Origin: Spirochaetia bacterium
Lineage (GTDB): Bacteria > Spirochaetota > Spirochaetia > SZUA-6 > Bin103
Assembly: GCA_965203905.1 (NCBI GenBank)
Contig: CBDBDQ010000005.1
Span: 6,304,001-6,368,000 of the forward strand
Length of the DNA: 64,000 bases
Direction: 5' to 3'
Shown: piece after piece, positions 19,183-29,003 of the stretch
Layout of the letters: each line of letters opens with the position of its first letter
Position numbering within the stretch: the first letter of the stretch is position 1
Made by a program: the position numbers and the translations under genes
The notes under the pieces: model-generated
The model's input: only the letters and a program-made list of their open reading frames with translations
The model's database searches: none
What the model was told of the DNA's origin: nothing

Positions 19183-20142
19183 CTACGCGGCGCGGCGGGC
19201 CACGTCGATCAGCGCACGGATGTAGCCGATGGCGTAGGCGCGCCCGCGGTGGCCCCAGTCGGTATCGTCCATCATGCGCGGCACGTGGTCGGTGATCATG
19301 AAGCCGCCGAAGCCCACCTCCAGCAGCGCCTGCACCACGGCAAAGGTGTCGACGTTGCCCTCGTCGATGAAACACTCGTTGAAGCACGGCACCTGCCCCT
19401 GCACGTCGCGGAAATGCACGTACACGATGCGGCCGCGGCCGCCGAAGTGGCGCACCGCGTCGAGCACGCCGGACGGCCCCATCTCCGACCAGCAGCCCAT
19501 GCAGAAGTCGAGGCCGTGGTGTGGGCTGTCGAAGGTGTCGATGGCGCGCTTGAAGCCGGCAAAGTTGCGAAAGATGCGCGCCACGCCACCGAGCGCCGGC
19601 ACCGGCGGGTCATCGGGATGGACCGCCAGCGTGACCCCGGCCTCCTCCGCCACCGGCAGCACCCGGCTCATGTAGTAGTCATAGTTGTCCCACATCTCCT
19701 CTTCGCCGAAGACGCGGCCATGGGTGAGCGGCGCATCGGTGTGCTCGGCCAGGTCGAACCGGGTGCCGCCGGCACCGCCGCGCAGCGGTGCCAGCCCCGG
19801 GGTACGCCACACCGCATTGGGCATCCAGTGATACCCCAGGATCGGGATCCCGGCGCGCCCCATGTTGCGGATGGTGGCCTGCATGTGCGCGATCTGCTCG
19901 TCGCGCCCGGGCAGGCCGAGCATCGCCTTGTCGTAAAAGCTCACCGGCACGTTCTCCAGGCACATCAGGCGCAACTCCGCCGCATCGGCGCGCTGCCGCA
20001 GCGCCAGCAGGTCCTCGTACTCCCAGCGCTGCTCTCCGGGCAGGTTGGGCGTGTTCATCAGGAAGTCGTCGGCGCCGAGCTGCTTGATGAAGGCCAGCTT
20101 CTCGTCCGTGAGCTCGCTGAACTGGCCGAGCCCGATCCGCAT
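19183..20142 (-). CDS. uxuA: Mannonate dehydratase (UxuA family)
   Basis: GYHWMP, AVHPDDPP, LDFCMGCWSE, VHFRDV, DHVP. Confidence 0.75.
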   Translation of the reverse strand: MRIGLGQFSELTDEKLAFIKQLGADDFLMNTPNLPGEQRWEYEDLLALRQRADAAELRLMCLENVPVSFYDKAMLGLPGRDEQIAHMQATIRNMGRAGIPILGYHWMPNAVWRTPGLAPLRGGAGGTRFDLAEHTDAPLTHGRVFGEEEMWDNYDYYMSRVLPVAEEAGVTLAVHPDDPPVPALGGVARIFRNFAGFKRAIDTFDSPHHGLDFCMGCWSEMGPSGVLDAVRHFGGRGRIVYVHFRDVQGQVPCFNECFIDEGNVDTFAVVQALLEVGFGGFMITDHVPRMMDDTDWGHRGRAYAIGYIRALIDVARRAA

Positions 20143-20502
20143 CTCATTCCGGTCCCGCACGGTGCACCTCCGGCGTCCAGCGTAGCGCAGAACCGCCGCG
20201 CGAGGAAGTTGCGCTGTGGACCGACCACGCACGACATTGACACGCTCTCCAAGTGTGCGCGATGCTCATCCTTTCCGGCTGGTGACTGTCAGGACATCTG
20301 TTGCCCAAGCTGGGAGGTGTAGAGTGATGGTCAAAGTGCCGCAGGCGCGCGGCGCAAGCCGGGGTGAACCCGGCGCAGTCGTCCGCCGCGCACTCGACGA
20401 AACCTGACTGCGACTGGCCGCCCGCGTTGCGGGCGCGAGAGACGCCAGGGAGCGGCAGGGTCCCTCCGCAAGACTCTCAAAACTCAACCTGAGGAGTTTC
20501 GT

Positions 20503-22290
20503 ATGCAGATTGTACGAATGAGCATGACCTGCGCGGTGGCGTTGGTCCTGGTGCTGACCGCGACCGGCCTCTGGGCCGCTGGTGAGGACGAGGCGCCGGC
20601 CGCGGCCGACGACAAGAGGTACGTGACCGACCCGGTCACCGGCAAGGTGTACACCGCGCACGAGTACGGCGGGTCGCTGACCTTCGTCAAGGGCAACGAT
20701 GGCGGCTGGATCGACGCCTACAAGGAAAACGCGGTGTCCATGTGGAGCCTGGTTTACGAGAAGCTGGGCAAGCTGGACTGGGCGCTGGACCGGGACGCGT
20801 ATCCGTTCACCGGCGGCTACATGACACCGCTCTACGCGCTGAGAGGGGCGCTGGCGGAGAGCTGGGAACAGCCCGACGACACCACCATCGTCATCAACGT
20901 CCGTCAGGGCGTTCACTGGCACGACAAGGCGCCGATGAACGGTCGCGAGCTCACGGCCGAGGATATCGAACATGCCTTTCAACGTTATCTGGGTCTGGGC
21001 CGGTTCAGTGGCAACGACCCGTCCCCGGGCGGAGGTGAGCTGGTATCCGTGCCGTGGGAATCGGTCGAGGCGACCGACAGATATACGGTCGTTTTCAAGC
21101 TGCAGGAGCCTAGACTCCGTGCCCTCAACCTCATCCTGGACTGGTACCAGATGCTGATCCAGCCCCCCGAGGTGGTCGACGAACATGGCGGCATTACCGA
21201 CTGGCGGCAGGGAGTCGGCACCGGGCCCTACGAGATGACCGACTGGGTTCTGGGCAGTTCCTTCGAATACACCAGGAACCCCAACTACTGGGCTTTCGAC
21301 GAGAAATGGCCGGAGAACCGCCTGCCCTACATCGAAAAGATACACGGCCTGGTCATCGTGGAGCATGCAACGCGCATCGCGGGGCTGCGCTCGGGCACCA
21401 TCGACTTCATCGGTCATCCGGGCTCCACGCAGATCTTCGATATCAACCAGTCCCTGAGTCTGCAACGGACCAACCCCGAAATCAATCAGTACCCGTGGTC
21501 ACAACGATCGGACAACTGTGCCGGCATCAACACCACCGTGGCGCCCTTCGATGACGTCCGAGTGCGCCGCGCGATGCAGATGGCCCTGGACCTCGACACC
21601 ATGAACGATTCCTACTACAAGGGGCTGGGAGGAACGATTCCTCGGGGATTCGTCGGCCGCAAGTTTCCGGCCTACATGACCCCGTACGAAGACTGGTCCG
21701 AAGAGCTGAAGGGATACTACAGCTACGATCCGACCGGAGCCGAGGCGCTCCTCGATGAGGCGGGGTATCCGCGCGGCGCCGACGGCATCAGGTTCAAGAC
21801 CGAGTACATGCACTTCGACCGATTTCCGGTCAGCTGGTCGGAGTTCATGGTTTCGTACTGGCGGCAGATTGGCGTCGAGATCGACATCCTGACCCCGACT
21901 CAGGCGGAACATACGGCCAGGCGTAACGCTGGCGATTGGGCACTGACGTCGGAAGCATGCGGCACCGACGCTGATCCAATGATCATTGCACCTGGTTTTC
22001 GCTCAACAGTTGCTCGCTCGGGAGTCCACGACGCTCAATACGACGCCTGGTTCGAAACCGCTGTGAACGCCTCGACCATCGAGGAACAGCAGAGGATCAT
22101 CAAGCAGATGGACATGCGGTACATCGAGCAGCACTGGATGATCTGGGGTCCCTGGGCGCCGCAGTACAACGTGGCCCAGCCCTGGATCATGGGTTACAAC
22201 GGCGAGGGCATCATAGGCGGAAATACCACCCATACGGTCTTCTCGCGCCTCTGGATCGACAGTGAAATGAAGGAGGCAATGGGTTACTAA
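20503..22290 (+). CDS. ABC transporter substrate-binding protein, family 5 (peptide/nickel type)
   Basis: Signal peptide, LAESWE, GTGPY, PFDDVRVRRA. Confidence 0.92.
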   Translation: MQIVRMSMTCAVALVLVLTATGLWAAGEDEAPAAADDKRYVTDPVTGKVYTAHEYGGSLTFVKGNDGGWIDAYKENAVSMWSLVYEKLGKLDWALDRDAYPFTGGYMTPLYALRGALAESWEQPDDTTIVINVRQGVHWHDKAPMNGRELTAEDIEHAFQRYLGLGRFSGNDPSPGGGELVSVPWESVEATDRYTVVFKLQEPRLRALNLILDWYQMLIQPPEVVDEHGGITDWRQGVGTGPYEMTDWVLGSSFEYTRNPNYWAFDEKWPENRLPYIEKIHGLVIVEHATRIAGLRSGTIDFIGHPGSTQIFDINQSLSLQRTNPEINQYPWSQRSDNCAGINTTVAPFDDVRVRRAMQMALDLDTMNDSYYKGLGGTIPRGFVGRKFPAYMTPYEDWSEELKGYYSYDPTGAEALLDEAGYPRGADGIRFKTEYMHFDRFPVSWSEFMVSYWRQIGVEIDILTPTQAEHTARRNAGDWALTSEACGTDADPMIIAPGFRSTVARSGVHDAQYDAWFETAVNASTIEEQQRIIKQMDMRYIEQHWMIWGPWAPQYNVAQPWIMGYNGEGIIGGNTTHTVFSRLWIDSEMKEAMGY

Positions 22291-22308
22291 GAGGTTCGCT
22301 TTCGGAGC

Positions 22309-22339
22309 GGCCCCGCAAGACCTCCGGTTTTGCGGGGCC
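22309..22339 (+). terminator. Intergenic stem-loop after the SBP gene
   Basis: GGCCCCGCAAGA...TTTTGCGGGGCC. Confidence 0.55.
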
Positions 22340-22361
22340 CTCTAAGGGAAACCGGGACTAG

Positions 22362-23366
22362 ATGAGAACCTACATCATCAGGCGACTGTTACTGATGATT
22401 CCGACCCTCCTGCTGCTGACCATCCTGGTCTTTCTGCTGGTCCGTTTCATTCCCGGGGATGTCGTCGACGCGATCGAGGCACAACTGGAATCCTTTAGCC
22501 CCGGCACCGAGGTAGACCGTGAGGTCGTCATGCGGCTGATGGGTCTGGACGTCCCCGTCTACGTGCAGTACGGACGCTGGATAGGGGTGCTGCCGACGCC
22601 CGACCCGCTTACCGGCGAGTCCGAGTTCAGAGGCCTTCTCCAGGGCAGCCTTGGCCGATCCCTGTTCGGCCACTTTCCGATAGAGGCCGAAATACTGCGC
22701 AGGCTGCCGCTCACAATCGAGCTGGGCGTCATGGCCATCATCATTGGTCTGTTAATAGCGCTGCCGGTCGGCATCTACTCGGCGATCCGTCAGGACACGG
22801 CCGTCGACTACGCCGGGCGCACCGTCGCCGTCATCGGCCTGGCGACGCCGAACTTCTGGCTCGGCATCATGGTCATGATCTACCCGGCGATCTGGTGGGG
22901 CTGGTCACCGTCGATGAAGTTTATTCCGTTCCTCGAAGACCCGCTGGGAAATGTCGGGATGTTCATCATTCCCAGTGCGATTCTGGGGACGGCCCTGTCC
23001 GCGGGCACCATGCGGATGACCCGCACCATGATGCTGGAGGTGCTCAGGCAGGACTACATCAGGACGGCCTGGTCCAAGGGCCTCAGGGAGCGGGTGGTGG
23101 TGATCAGACACGCCGTCAAGAATGCCCTCATCCCCATTGTTACCGTGGTAGGCATGCAGTTGCCGCTGGTGGTGGGCGGCTCCGTTATCATAGAGAGCAT
23201 ATTCAACTTGCCGGGGCTCGGTCGTTTCCTGCTGGATGCCCTGAACAGCCGCAACTACCCGATAGTGTCCGGAGTGAACATGTTCTTCGCCGGCGTCGTC
23301 CTGTTGAACAATCTACTCATCGACCTGATCTATCCGTACCTGGACCCTAGAGTACGTTACCAATGA
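22362..23366 (+). CDS. ABC permease, DppB/OppB-like
   Basis: YIIRRLL, PGD, EVLRQDYIRTAWSKGL, DPRVRY. Confidence 0.93.
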   Translation: MRTYIIRRLLLMIPTLLLLTILVFLLVRFIPGDVVDAIEAQLESFSPGTEVDREVVMRLMGLDVPVYVQYGRWIGVLPTPDPLTGESEFRGLLQGSLGRSLFGHFPIEAEILRRLPLTIELGVMAIIIGLLIALPVGIYSAIRQDTAVDYAGRTVAVIGLATPNFWLGIMVMIYPAIWWGWSPSMKFIPFLEDPLGNVGMFIIPSAILGTALSAGTMRMTRTMMLEVLRQDYIRTAWSKGLRERVVVIRHAVKNALIPIVTVVGMQLPLVVGGSVIIESIFNLPGLGRFLLDALNSRNYPIVSGVNMFFAGVVLLNNLLIDLIYPYLDPRVRYQ

Positions 23367-23390
23367 GCGTGAGCGGAGAAGTCCCGGGAT

Positions 23391-24338
23391 ATGAGTGATA
23401 CGACGAGAACGGCGGTCGCCCGCAGTGAGCCCAAGAGACGGGGCGCCGTGGCCGACTTCTTTGTCAGATTGTGGAGAGAGAAGCCGCTGGGCACGGCCTG
23501 CGGGATCATCATTCTGCTGTTGATCGTGGTGGCTATCTTTGCCGATGTTCTGTCGCCCTATCCATACTGGGAGGTTCATCCGGCAGACATGCTGCTCGGC
23601 TCATCAACCCGCTATCTGCTTGGGACCGATCAGTTGGGACGCGACTTTCTGAGCCGTATCATGTACGGTGCTCGTCTTTCGTTGTTTGTCGGCCTGTCGG
23701 CGACCGCGATCAACGTGGTGGTCGCTGTCCTGATCGGGGGCACCTCGGGATTCGTCGGTGGCAAGCTGGACCTGGTGGTGCAGAGATTTGTCGATGCCTG
23801 GATGGCGTTCCCGGGACTGCTCATCCTGCTGTCGGTGATGTCCATAGCGGGCAAGGGTTTGCTGCAGATAATTCTGGTCCTGGGGATATCGGGTGGCATC
23901 GGCGGCTCCAGGATAACGCGCGGCGCCGTCATCGCGGTCAAGGAGAACCTCTATTTTCAGGCGGCCCACGCGGTTGGCGCCTCGCGGTGGACCGTTCTGA
24001 TCCGCCACGTGCTGCCCAACATTGCGGCTCCGGTAATCATCCTGTTCAGCATCAACATCGGTGGGGTGATCATTGCCGAATCTTCCTTGAGCTTCCTGGG
24101 ATTCGGCCTGCCCGCCCAGATTCCAAGCTGGGGAGGTATGCTCAGCCGGGAAGGGCGGGTGTTCATGGAGACCGCGCCGTGGCTGGCGCTCTGGCCCGGC
24201 CTGTTCCTCACGGTTACCGTCTACAGCCTGAACATGTTCGGCGACGCCGTGCGCGATCTGCTCGACCCGCGGCTGCGGGGTAGCGCAACCACGCTCCTGG
24301 GTGGCGGTGCTCGGCTCGGTGCGGACCGCGTCAAGTAG
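23391..24338 (+). CDS. ABC permease, DppC/OppC-like
   Basis: LGTDQLGRD, HVLPN, SLSFLGFG, PSWGGML, GDAVRDLLDPR. Confidence 0.93.
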   Translation: MSDTTRTAVARSEPKRRGAVADFFVRLWREKPLGTACGIIILLLIVVAIFADVLSPYPYWEVHPADMLLGSSTRYLLGTDQLGRDFLSRIMYGARLSLFVGLSATAINVVVAVLIGGTSGFVGGKLDLVVQRFVDAWMAFPGLLILLSVMSIAGKGLLQIILVLGISGGIGGSRITRGAVIAVKENLYFQAAHAVGASRWTVLIRHVLPNIAAPVIILFSINIGGVIIAESSLSFLGFGLPAQIPSWGGMLSREGRVFMETAPWLALWPGLFLTVTVYSLNMFGDAVRDLLDPRLRGSATTLLGGGARLGADRVK

Positions 24339-24516
24339 CCCGACAACGTGCCGCGTGCAGATCCCGGTAGTAGTAGATACCGGTTGCCTTCAGTGCCGCG
24401 GCCGCCCGGGAGCGCTGCTCGGCGATCGGCCATCGGCAGCGCGACGCGGGCGCCCGTGAGCTGCGCCGCGTAGGGTGCGAGCACCATACTCCAGAGCGGT
24501 TTACCAGCTCGCTCGC

Positions 24517-26621
24517 CAGGCCATCCCACCCCTGAACGACGTCTGCATCCCGTGTGGCGGAACCTGCCAGATCGCCGCCTTCACGTGCGTCGGTTCGTTC
24601 GCTGTACGAGGTGTCCAGGAATGATCGGGAAGCCGCCCACCCGCAACGCCGGGCTGGGTGGATGCGTTGCTGCCACGTTTGGCGCCGCGGTGCTGGATTC
24701 TGCGAAAGTGCCAAAAAAATTGCGCTAGGCACTTGACGGGTCTGGCGCTGCTCGTATCGGCCTCCTGCCGCACGTTCGGGCCCCTCCGACCCTGCGAACA
24801 TCCCGCCATGCGCCCCAGGCCCTTCAGCACCCACCAGCGCCGGCCTGCACCCTTCCCGGGGCCGGTCCCGGGACTCGCCGAAACCGTTCATTTCTCATCC
24901 ATGCTTATATTTACGCCATGGATACCGCGACCGCTACCGGCTTCATCTCCTCGCTCTCCGGGCTCCCCGACCAGGTGCTGCTGGCGCATACCAGGTCCCT
25001 CGTCCTGCACGAGCAGGCGCTGCAGCTCGCCGTCCTCGACCACCTGCGCGAGATCCACGCCCGCCACCTCCACCTGCGCCTCGGGTTCTCCAGCCTGTTC
25101 GACTACGCGGTGCGCGAACTGGGCTACAGCGAAGGTGCCGCCTGGCGCCGTATCAAAGCCATGCGCCTGTGCTCCGATACCGCCGGGTCACGCGAGCGGC
25201 TGCAGGACGGCTCGCTCTCCCTGAGCGCGGCGGCGCAGTTGCAGAACACCTTCGATCTCCTGCAGCGCACGGCGACCGCCGCCGCGGACCCCGGCGCGGC
25301 ACCCACGGCACCGGAGCTGCTGCCGCTCGGCACGGGGACGGCGCGGGGGCCTGGGGCTTCGGGGGCCGGGGCAGCGGCGCCGGCGCGACCGGTGCCGGCG
25401 CTGAACGCGGCGCAGCGGCAGGAGCTGGTGGCGCAGGCGAGCGGCAAGAGCACCCGCGAGGTGAAGCAGTTGTTGGCCGGGGTGGCTCCCGAGCTGGCGC
25501 GGCCGGCCGATCGCATGCGGGCGCTGGGCGCGGGCCGCTGGGAGCTGAAGGTGGTGATCGACGCGGCGTGTCAGTGCGGGATCGAGCAGCTACGGGCACT
25601 GCTGTCACACGTGGACCCGCACCTGACGCTGGGGCAGCTGGTAGAGCGGCTGGTGCAGGACGGCCTGCAGCGCTACGACCCGGGACGACCGCCGCGCGGG
25701 CGCAGAGGCGGGCGCCGGGAGGCAAGTGCGGGCCAGGCGCCGGAGCCGAAGGCGCAGCAAGGGCCAGCGGGCGGGGCGGCTTCGCCGGCGAAGCGGGACG
25801 CGCAAGAGCAACCCGTAGTGCCGACGCCGCCGGAGGGCACGAGCGGCGGTGGCAGCACCCCGGCGCCGGCAGCGCTGTCCGCAGAGGAACCCGCGCGCGG
25901 GATTGGCGGCACCGGCACCCCGGCGGTGGCAGCGCTGCCCGCGTCGCCGTCGGGGCGCGAGACTTGCGGCGGCGGCACCCCGGTGCGTGCCAAGCCAGCG
26001 GCGGCGGCGCCCGGCTCCGCTGCTTCGGCGGCGAAGTCGGTGGCAGATCGTGGGTCCCACGCCACCGTAACGACGCCACGGCCGGCGCCGCCGCCAGACC
26101 AGAGCATGCCGACCGCGCTGGCAGCGGAGGATCGCGGTCGCAGGGCTTCTTCGCCAGCGAAGCGGGCGGGGGCGGCGATGCGGGCAGGAGCGGCGCAGCT
26201 CGATGGCCGTTCGCGGCCGCAGCCCGAGGCAGCCGGCACGTCCGGAGGCAGCGCGCAGCCGCCCCACCGGGCGCCCCGGTCCCGGTATATTCCGGCACCA
26301 GTGCGGCGCGAGGTGTGGCGCCGCGACGGCGGCTGCTGCAGTTACGTCGATCCGCACAGCGGGCGGCGCTGCGGCTCCCGCTTCCTGCTGGAGCTCGACC
26401 ACATCGTTCCCTTCGCGCTTGGCGGCAGCGCCGAACCGGCGAACTTGTCCTTGTCGTGTGCTGCCCACCACCGTCTCCGGCATCGGGAGTACGGATCGTC
26501 GCCAGACGGGGCCACGTGATCGCCGCTCGCCCGGGGTGCGAGTTGGGCGGTTGGGCGTCGATCCAAGGGCAACGGAAGTAACGATAGCAGCCGGCTTGTC
26601 GCGCAGCGTGGGATAGTCCTG
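24517..26621 (+). mobile_element. HNH-carrying TIR element, copy A
   Basis: Ends CAGGCCATCCCACCCCTGAACGAC and GTCGCGCAGCGTGGGATAGTCCTG; flanked by GCTCGCTCGC at 24507-24516 and 26622-26631. Confidence 0.85.
24918..26519 (+). CDS. HNH endonuclease with DUF222-like N-terminus and Ala/Pro-rich linker, copy 2
   Basis: RREVWRRDGGCCSY...RCGS...LELDHIVP...NLSLSCAAHH. Confidence 0.88.
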   Translation: MDTATATGFISSLSGLPDQVLLAHTRSLVLHEQALQLAVLDHLREIHARHLHLRLGFSSLFDYAVRELGYSEGAAWRRIKAMRLCSDTAGSRERLQDGSLSLSAAAQLQNTFDLLQRTATAAADPGAAPTAPELLPLGTGTARGPGASGAGAAAPARPVPALNAAQRQELVAQASGKSTREVKQLLAGVAPELARPADRMRALGAGRWELKVVIDAACQCGIEQLRALLSHVDPHLTLGQLVERLVQDGLQRYDPGRPPRGRRGGRREASAGQAPEPKAQQGPAGGAASPAKRDAQEQPVVPTPPEGTSGGGSTPAPAALSAEEPARGIGGTGTPAVAALPASPSGRETCGGGTPVRAKPAAAAPGSAASAAKSVADRGSHATVTTPRPAPPPDQSMPTALAAEDRGRRASSPAKRAGAAMRAGAAQLDGRSRPQPEAAGTSGGSAQPPHRAPRSRYIPAPVRREVWRRDGGCCSYVDPHSGRRCGSRFLLELDHIVPFALGGSAEPANLSLSCAAHHRLRHREYGSSPDGAT

Positions 26622-26917
26622 GCTCGCTCGCTGCGCCAGCTTGTCATGCTTCCGCGGGTCTGCTATCATCGTGGCGAGACCAGGGAGTCTCGCCGGGACC
26701 TCTCTCCTCTCGGAGAAGCTGCCCGGAAAACACCATGCTCAATTGAGAGCATGCTCGACGGAGATGCTGGGCCGATGGACAGTCCGCGGGTCGCTCGTTG
26801 AAGCGACCGCAGCAGGTACATTTCCGATCCACTGACTCGCGCTTCCCGGCAACCGGGAACGGCGACGAGTTCGAGCTCAGCAGGTCCGGCGAGCTCCCTG
26901 ACTCCCTGCTTCGGCTC

Positions 26918-27940
26918 TTAGTGCCACACCTTCTCCCAACGACCTGATTGCGCCGAGCGGTAGATGGCCAGCGCCGTCCGCAGCTCGCCGAGCGACGCTT
27001 CCGCCGGGGCGGCCGGTTGCCTGCCGTCCAGCACCACCGCTTCGAAATCCGCCATCTCGGGCGCGAAGGACGCGGCATAGCCGTGTTCTCCCGCGATCGG
27101 CCGTCCCTCGGGATGCTCCCGGTCCACCAGCGTCATGCCGCCGTCGAAGCCGCCGTGAATGACGATCTCGCCCTCCGTGCCGGTGAGCCGCCACCATGGC
27201 CCTGCCCACAGCGGCGCGTCGCTGGTGATTGCCTGGAAGCTTGCCACCACGCCGGAGCGGAACCGCAGCAGGGCATGGGCCAGTGACTCGCCCTGCATCA
27301 CCGACAGCAGCCGGGAGGTGGTCGCTACCACCTCCTCCACCTCGCCGAGCCACATCCGCAACGGGCGGATCCAGTGCGCGCCGCCGTCCACCACGACGCC
27401 GCCACCGGTACGGGACACCTCGTAGCGCCAGGAGTCGGACGGGTACCAGAACGGATCGTGCGACGCCTCGAACGAGGCCCGCGCCGTGACCGCCTCGCCG
27501 ATCGCCCCCTGCGCGAGCAGCTCGCGGGCACGCACCACGTCGGGCCAGTACTGGGAGTTCTCGGCCACCATGAAGACGGTGCCGGCGCGGCGCGCCGCCT
27601 CCTGGATGCGCGCGCAGGCGTCCAGCGTCAGTGCCATCGGCTTCTCCAGCAGCACGTGCTTGCCGGCCGCGAACGCCCGCGTGGCCAGTTCCTCGTGCAG
27701 GTCGTGTGGCACCATGATGTCGACGGCGTCGAAGTCGCCGGCGGCGAGCGCCGGCTCCAGGGAGGCGTAGGTACGCGCCCCGGTGCGGGCGGCGATCGCC
27801 GCCGCGGCGTCGGGGTCGGGGTCCACGGCCGCGGTCACCCGGGTGCGCGGTGCCGCCTGCTCGATGCCGTCGAGATGAAAGCCTGCGATGCGGCCGCAGC
27901 CGACGAAGGCCAGCCGCAGCTCGGGCGCGTCGTTTGCCAT
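26918..27940 (-). CDS. Gfo/Idh/MocA oxidoreductase
   Basis: VGCGRIA, HVLLEKP, GGGVVVDGGAH. Confidence 0.9.
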   Translation of the reverse strand: MANDAPELRLAFVGCGRIAGFHLDGIEQAAPRTRVTAAVDPDPDAAAAIAARTGARTYASLEPALAAGDFDAVDIMVPHDLHEELATRAFAAGKHVLLEKPMALTLDACARIQEAARRAGTVFMVAENSQYWPDVVRARELLAQGAIGEAVTARASFEASHDPFWYPSDSWRYEVSRTGGGVVVDGGAHWIRPLRMWLGEVEEVVATTSRLLSVMQGESLAHALLRFRSGVVASFQAITSDAPLWAGPWWRLTGTEGEIVIHGGFDGGMTLVDREHPEGRPIAGEHGYAASFAPEMADFEAVVLDGRQPAAPAEASLGELRTALAIYRSAQSGRWEKVWH

Positions 27941-28018
27941 GGCGGCGATTCTACGCGCGGCGCCGCGGCAGTGTCAGCCGTGGAGGTGGTATGGTGTCCC
28001 CGTACGGGAGGTGCGGTG

Positions 28019-28999
28019 ATGCAGTACCGGCTATTGGGTGCGAGTGGGGTGCGGGTGTCCGAAATCGGGATCGGGGCCTTCCCGCTGTCGGGCTACTCGG
28101 TCGACGCGGACGGCCGGCGGACCGGCTGGAGCGGGTCCAGCGATGCGCAGGCGGTGGCCCTGATCCACCGTGCCGAGGAACTGGGCATCAACCTGATCGA
28201 CAGCGCCGAGTCGTACGGCAACGGCCACAGCGAAGAGGTGGTGGGAGGCGCGCTGCGCGGACGCCGCGACCGCTGGCTGATCGCCACCAAGGTGTCCACC
28301 AACCTGGGCCTGAGCGCGGGGACGGCGGACCTTGCCGGAGCGGCGCGGCGGCGCATACATGCTGCCGCCGAAGCGAGCCGGAGGCGTCTCGGCAGCGACT
28401 TCATCGACGTGTACCAGCTCCACGCCCTGCCGCTGGCGGGTGCCGAGGCGGCGGTCATGGAGGCGCTCATGGAGCTGAAGCGGCGTGGCGTGGTGCGCCT
28501 GATCGGCATCTCCAGCAACGACGTGGCGGCGATCCGCCGTCTTGCGGCACTCGGCGACGTGGACGTGCTGCAAGTGGGCTACAACCTGATTGAGCGCCAG
28601 GGAGCGGCAACCCTCGACTACGCCCGCGGCGCGGGCATGGGCACCCTGATCCGGGTGCCCCTGGCGAAGGGCATGCTCAGCGGCAAGTACTTCACCGACT
28701 GGGAAGTGCCGGGCGACGACGTGCGCCACGAGCGGTTCTCGCACGCCGACACGGTGCGCGCCTTCCGGCGCCTGCCGGAGCTGGCGTTCCTCGCCGAGGA
28801 CCGCACCATGCCGCAGGCCGCGCTGCGCTTCACCCTCGACCACCCCGGCACGAGCTGCGTGATCGCCGGCGCCAAGACGGTCGCCCAGATCGAGGAGAAT
28901 GCCGCCGCGGCTGAGGTGCCGGCGCTCTCAGGCGCCGAGCTGCAACGCGCGTTTCCCATCGTGGAAGGTCTCTCGGTCCCCAACTGGGCGGGTAACTGA
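28019..28999 (+). CDS. Aldo/keto reductase
   Basis: VSEIGIG, DSAESYG, IATKV, IDVYQLH, PLAKG. Confidence 0.9.
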   Translation: MQYRLLGASGVRVSEIGIGAFPLSGYSVDADGRRTGWSGSSDAQAVALIHRAEELGINLIDSAESYGNGHSEEVVGGALRGRRDRWLIATKVSTNLGLSAGTADLAGAARRRIHAAAEASRRRLGSDFIDVYQLHALPLAGAEAAVMEALMELKRRGVVRLIGISSNDVAAIRRLAALGDVDVLQVGYNLIERQGAATLDYARGAGMGTLIRVPLAKGMLSGKYFTDWEVPGDDVRHERFSHADTVRAFRRLPELAFLAEDRTMPQAALRFTLDHPGTSCVIAGAKTVAQIEENAAAAEVPALSGAELQRAFPIVEGLSVPNWAGN

Positions 29000-29003
29000 A
29001 GCC

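Noticed and set aside
24331-24891. Similar minus-strand ORFs in both HNH leaders (also 52405-52989)
   Set aside because: Similarity follows from the DNA repeat; lengths differ, they run past the TIRs, and copy 1 has no equivalent.
24918-26519. IscB/Cas9-like nuclease call
   Set aside because: No RuvC or PLMP motifs; only a C-terminal HNH domain.
27374-28018. N-terminal extension of the aldo/keto reductase ORF
   Set aside because: Antisense to the Gfo gene; a GGAGG RBS supports ATG 28019.
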